Shown here: piece after piece, positions 60,069 through 64,000 of the stretch
How positions within the stretch are numbered: the first letter of the stretch is position 1
Layout of the letters: each line of letters starts with the position of its first letter
DNA from: Pseudomonadota bacterium
GTDB taxonomy: Bacteria; Desulfobacterota; Binatia; Binatales; Binataceae
NCBI GenBank assembly: GCA_021324885.1
Contig: JAJPIF010000022.1
Location: 198,659-262,658, forward strand
Direction: 5' to 3'
Length of the DNA: 64,000 nucleotides
Program-made: the position numbers and the translations under genes
Notes under the pieces: model-generated
What the model saw: only the letters and a program-made list of their open reading frames with translations
Database searches by the model: none
What the model was told of the DNA's origin: nothing

Positions 60069-60269
60069 TCAGGCTTTGGGTTCAGTGGGTTTGGCTTCCA
60101 CCTGGGTGGCTTTGGTGGTGGCGCCGGTATCCGGCTCGTTCATCGCCTTTTTAAAATCGCGAATCGCCTTGCCCAATGCGCCGCCCACGTCTCCGAGTTT
60201 GCTGGGACCGAAAATAATCAAAATAATCACCAGCAGGATCAGCAGGTGCGATGGTGCGAGTATGTCCAT
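60069..60269 (-). CDS. tatA: twin-arginine translocase subunit TatA/E
   Basis: 66 aa; N-terminal TM helix LLIILVIILIIFGPSKLG plus amphipathic helix. Confidence 0.85.
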   Translation of the reverse strand: MDILAPSHLLILLVIILIIFGPSKLGDVGGALGKAIRDFKKAMNEPDTGATTKATQVEAKPTEPKA

Positions 60270-60372
60270 AATGATTCTCCTAAGCCGCGCCCGAATAGCG
60301 CCTCAATTCTATCGCGGCAATGCCGGCTTCGCTACGTCTGGCCTGTCCATAAGGAATTGGAACCTCCCGCGG

Positions 60373-61800
60373 CTAGGCGCCCTTGGCGACCATCCCGGCG
60401 GGTTGATCCTTGAAATCTTCGAGTTTCAGCCGCTGGACCTTGCGGTAGAGAGTTGAAAGGTGGATGCCGAGGATTTCGGCGGCTTTGGCCTTGTCGCCTC
60501 CGACCTTGGTGAGGATCCGCTTGATGTGCTCGCGCTCCAGTTCCTCCAGCGTTAGTTCGAAGCCTTCGAGGTCGGTGGTGGCGATGCGCGCCTGCCCGAG
60601 TTTTTCCGGCAGATCGTGCGAATGGATGACCTCGCTTTCCGCCAGGATCGCGGCTCGTTCGACGGCGTTTTCCAGTTCGCGCACGTTGCCGGGCCAGGCG
60701 TAATTGATAAGCAGGCGCATCGCGCCTTTGGAAAACCGCATCAGCCCGCGCCCATGCGCCTTTTCATATTTGCGCAGGAAGTAGTTTGCCAGCAGGGGGA
60801 TGTCATCCTTGCGCTCGCGCAGCGGCGGCAGCGGAATCGTGATCACGTTGATGCGGTAGAGCAGTTCCTCGCGGAAGCGGCCTTCGCGGACCTCCTGTTC
60901 CAGGTCGCGGTTGGTCGCGCACAGCAGGCGTACGTCAAAGCGCACCGCCTCGTTGGATCCGACCGGATAGCATTCGCGTTCCTGCAGCGCGCGCAGCAGT
61001 TTGACCTGCAGCTGCAGCGGCATCTCGCCGATTTCGTCGAGGAACAAGGTGCCTTTGTCGGCGCTTTTGAGCAGTCCGACCTTGTCCTGCACGGCTCCGG
61101 TGAAGGCGCCGCGCTTGTAGCCGAACAGTTCGCTTTCGAGCAGGGTTTCCGGCAACGCGCCGCAGTTGATCGGCAGGAAGCGGCCATTGCCGCGCTCCGA
61201 GGTGAAATGGATCGCGCGCGCGACCAGTTCCTTGCCGGTGCCCGATTCGCCGGTGATGAGCACGCTGGAATCGGTGCGCGCGACCTTTTCCATCAGGCGG
61301 AACACCTGCTGGATCGCGTCGCTCTTGCCGATAATGTTCTCGAAGCTGTACTTGTCGCGCAGCTCCCGGCGCAGGAACCGGTTTTCGCGAAACAGCGCCT
61401 TTTGCGCCAGCGCGTTGCGCACGACGGCCTTGAGATGGTCGTTGGCGAAGGGCTTGGTCAGGTAGTCGTAAGCGCCCTTGCGCAGCGCGTCGACAGCCGA
61501 TTCCACGCTGGCGTAAGCGGTCAGAATAATACCCATTACCTCAGGGTCGAGGTCGCGAATCTTCCCCAGCAATTCCAATCCGTTGCCGCCGTGACCGAGA
61601 TTGAGGTCGAGCACCGCGACGTCGATCTTCTGCCGTTCGAACAGACTAAGCGCGACTTCGGCGGCGTGGGCCTCGATCACCTCGTAGCCCTCGGCACTCA
61701 GGAGTTGGGAGATAATGGAGCGCATCAACTCCTCATCCTCGACCACCAGGACCCGCAGGGGCTCCCCCTCCGAGTTCGGCCAGGACTGTTCGGTGCTCAT
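60373..61800 (-). CDS. sigma-54-dependent response regulator (NtrC family), paralog of 49300..50664
   Basis: REC, AAA+ ([14 protein letters not shown]), Fis HTH; 4-bp overlap with upstream kinase gene. Confidence 0.9.
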   Translation of the reverse strand: MSTEQSWPNSEGEPLRVLVVEDEELMRSIISQLLSAEGYEVIEAHAAEVALSLFERQKIDVAVLDLNLGHGGNGLELLGKIRDLDPEVMGIILTAYASVESAVDALRKGAYDYLTKPFANDHLKAVVRNALAQKALFRENRFLRRELRDKYSFENIIGKSDAIQQVFRLMEKVARTDSSVLITGESGTGKELVARAIHFTSERGNGRFLPINCGALPETLLESELFGYKRGAFTGAVQDKVGLLKSADKGTLFLDEIGEMPLQLQVKLLRALQERECYPVGSNEAVRFDVRLLCATNRDLEQEVREGRFREELLYRINVITIPLPPLRERKDDIPLLANYFLRKYEKAHGRGLMRFSKGAMRLLINYAWPGNVRELENAVERAAILAESEVIHSHDLPEKLGQARIATTDLEGFELTLEELEREHIKRILTKVGGDKAKAAEILGIHLSTLYRKVQRLKLEDFKDQPAGMVAKGA

Positions 61801-63554
61801 CGGGCGAAAGCTAACGCCCTCGTATCCTGCGAAGGCTCATAGGCGGGCAGGGAAATCTTTATCGTCGTTCCCTTCCCCACTTCACTATCGATACGAATCG
61901 TGCCGCGGTTGGCCAGCACGATTCGTTGGCACAGCGACAGACCCAAACCCGCACCCGCGCCGGCCGGCTTGGTGGTAAAGAAAGGTTCGAAGACGCGTTC
62001 CAGATGTTCGCGCGGGATGCCGATGCCGTTGTCGATTATTTTCATCAGCACGCGGTTATTCTGGTCGGCGCCGCGATAATTTTCGGTCACGATGCGGATC
62101 TGGCCGTCACTGCCCTGGGTGGCGTCGGCGGCGTTGAGCAGCAGATTGAGCAAAACCTGCTGAATTTCGTTGTTGTCGGCGAATACGAGATCGAGGTCCG
62201 GCGCCAGGCGGGGTTCCAAAGAGATGCCTGAAAACCGCTTGTTGTAGGTCAGCAGGCGCAGCGTTTCGGTCACCAGCGAGTTGAGATTAAGCGGTCGGCG
62301 CTCGGCGGTTGAGGGACGGGCGAAATCGACCAAATCCTTGAGAGTGGCGGAAATGCGGGTGATTTGCGACAGGATCGTATGCACCGTAGTGCGCCGCGCA
62401 GGATCGTTTTCGCCGATCGATAACGACTGCACAAGCGAGGAAATCGAGGCCAGCGGATTGTTGACTTCGTGCGCTACGCCGGCGGCAAAAGTGCCGGTGG
62501 CCGCCAGTCGCTCAGCCTTGAGCAGCTCCCCCAGCATCTCGCGCTTTTCGGTGACGTCATGCAGGATCATTTGGATGAAGCGGTTGCGGCCGAACGGAAT
62601 CAGCGCCGAGTTCACATCGAAATAGCGCCCCGCCATCGGCAGGTCATAGCACTGGGCGCTGCCCTTTTCGACCACCGTTTTCAGATGGGCCAGGAGTCCC
62701 GGACACAAGCCGTCGGCGGTGAGTTGCCCCACATAACGTCCGACCGGATCGCCATTGGCCGAGCCCGAAGTAACCCTGGTCAGTTTTAGCGCGGCGGAAT
62801 TCGCGGCGATGATCGCGAACGTATCCGGGTCAATTTCATACATGGGGTCGGGGGCGTGATCGATCGAGTTGCGATATTTCTCCTCGGAAGCGCGCAGAGC
62901 CGATTCCCGTGACTCGATATAGAAACCCGACACCATCATGCGCAGCTCGTCGATCGCGGCAACCACCGCGTCACGCACCAGTTCCTGTTTACGACCGCGC
63001 AAAGTCGCGCGAACATGACGCAGGATTTTCTGTTTGAGCGCGATATGAACAAGGTTGAACTGGGCCGGATTGGCCCGCGATAACATCCCCTCCTGGCAGT
63101 GTTGGCGCAGGTTGATGTAGGTATCCAGATTGTCAGGTTCGCGCAGATGAGCAATAAAGCGGACCAAAGAGCTGTAAAGATTTTCTCGCCGCTTTTCCGC
63201 GCCTGCTACCCCGAAGACCTGTGCCACCGCCTGCTCCCACTCGGCGAGGATACCGTCAAAATGCTGCTCGATAAGCTCAGCCGCCATCCGCCGCGCCTTG
63301 AGACTGGAGGGCTCACGGCTCCAGGTTTCGCCGAACAGCGCATTGAGCAGAGGTTCGATAGTGGTAAGCTGGCTGCGGACCGACGCGATCTCCTGCGGGG
63401 TGGCCTCCACAGTATCATCGGCTATCCTCGGGGCAGGTGTCAGCAAAGTGGAGCAACCGCAGGTTTTATGGGAAGAGTCCGAGTTGTCCGCTTGACGTCC
63501 GGTCAGTGAAGGCATCAAAAAATGCTCCCCTTCGTCGTCATCTGGAGCGAACAT
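61797..63554 (-). CDS. PAS-domain sensor histidine kinase (cytoplasmic, NtrB-like)
   Basis: PAS region, H-box (VAHEVNNPL), HATPase_c G-boxes. Confidence 0.8.
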   Translation of the reverse strand: MFAPDDDEGEHFLMPSLTGRQADNSDSSHKTCGCSTLLTPAPRIADDTVEATPQEIASVRSQLTTIEPLLNALFGETWSREPSSLKARRMAAELIEQHFDGILAEWEQAVAQVFGVAGAEKRRENLYSSLVRFIAHLREPDNLDTYINLRQHCQEGMLSRANPAQFNLVHIALKQKILRHVRATLRGRKQELVRDAVVAAIDELRMMVSGFYIESRESALRASEEKYRNSIDHAPDPMYEIDPDTFAIIAANSAALKLTRVTSGSANGDPVGRYVGQLTADGLCPGLLAHLKTVVEKGSAQCYDLPMAGRYFDVNSALIPFGRNRFIQMILHDVTEKREMLGELLKAERLAATGTFAAGVAHEVNNPLASISSLVQSLSIGENDPARRTTVHTILSQITRISATLKDLVDFARPSTAERRPLNLNSLVTETLRLLTYNKRFSGISLEPRLAPDLDLVFADNNEIQQVLLNLLLNAADATQGSDGQIRIVTENYRGADQNNRVLMKIIDNGIGIPREHLERVFEPFFTTKPAGAGAGLGLSLCQRIVLANRGTIRIDSEVGKGTTIKISLPAYEPSQDTRALAFAR

Positions 63555-63762
63555 AACACCCGCCCAAAAACCAAGCTACTAGGGTTGCCGCTTTGCAGAA
63601 TGCGAACCCGTATGTTCTCGACGGATTAGGATTCCTGGTACACAGCGCAAAAGGGTTACCAGCCACCCCAATTTGTCGTGTGCTCAAGGTAATTGCTGCA
63701 ATCAGTCGCTGATTTAACTCACATTTTTATCTGGCACAGGTCTGGCTCTTCAGCCCCTTATC

Positions 63763-64000
63763 ATGAGCATAGACTCTTCCAGCCTGACTTGCCCGATAAC
63801 CGCTCACGGCAAGTTTCTGAACCGAGCGGGCTCCAAGTTTTTTCTGAAGGCGATGCGTTTGGATACGCTGCCCGCTGCCGATGATTTTAGCGCGAAAGTG
63901 GAATTGCGCGCCCGCCTGAGGCAGCTCGAAGCCGCCCACACCACCGCGGTGATTGTGAAGAGCGGTGGCGCCAGCACCGCTGTGGACCTCGCGGCAGCCA
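63763..64000 (+). CDS. N-terminal fragment of unknown protein (3' end outside window)
   Basis: ATG at 63763 open to window end (MSIDSSSLTCPITAHGKFLNRAGSKFFLKAMRLD...). Not in ORF track because unterminated. No clear RBS. Confidence 0.3.
   Translation, partial: MSIDSSSLTCPITAHGKFLNRAGSKFFLKAMRLDTLPAADDFSAKVELRARLRQLEAAHTTAVIVKSGGASTAVDLAAA

Noticed and set aside
1-64000. Searched by eye for CRISPR repeats, tRNA-like cloverleaves, integrase/transposase genes and long direct repeats
   Set aside because: None found; the window appears to be core or old-accessory chromosome rather than a recent mobile element

Overview
High-GC (~62-64%) bacterial chromosomal segment, densely coded on both strands. 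No rRNA, tRNA, CRISPR array, integrase or transposase was recognised. Contents, in order: (i) 1-7.6 kb, a catabolic-looking cluster with luciferase-like (LLM) flavin oxidoreductases, three SDRs, two paralogous amidohydrolase-2 genes flanking an enoyl-CoA hydratase, then citrate synthase; (ii) a TetR regulator with a perfect 10-bp inverted-repeat operator between it and a divergent DHA2 MFS pump, with a Zn-ADH downstream of tetR; (iii) metallophosphoesterase, SCP-x-type thiolase plus DUF35 Zn-ribbon/OB-fold partner, a DUF1614-like membrane protein and an outer-membrane beta-barrel; (iv) prfB with its programmed +1 frameshift site (CTT TGA C), a further LLM oxidoreductase, UspA, panE; (v) an accessory-looking stretch (21.7-26.8 kb) with an orphan Dam-family N6-adenine methyltransferase, enoyl-CoA hydratase, a small signal-peptide protein with an HTH-like motif, strong RNA hairpins, a miniature HIT-like protein, a cold-shock protein and an SplB-like radical SAM gene; (vi) a second DHA2 MFS paralog, an MlaC-like protein, and a sulfate-assimilation operon (sir-cysH) divergent from an Rrf2 regulator; (vii) a Tad/Flp pilus locus on the minus strand (flp, degenerate flp paralog, cpaB, cpaC secretin, cpaE, cpaF, tadB, tadC), with a near-consensus sigma-54 -24/-12 promoter upstream of flp, followed by a REC-only response regulator, a GT-C (PMT/ArnT-like) membrane glycosyltransferase and an Hpt protein; (viii) an L,D-transpeptidase, two paralogous sigma-54-dependent two-component systems (NtrB/NtrC-like), BMP lipoprotein, diiron ferritin-like protein, dprA-topA, cydAB and tatA. 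Most interesting: the sigma-54-controlled Tad/Flp locus, whose canonical 58-aa flp gene is absent from the ORF track, a duplicated flp copy inactivated by an in-frame TAA, and the adjacent REC/GT-C/Hpt module (candidate pilin glycosylation or phosphorelay control).
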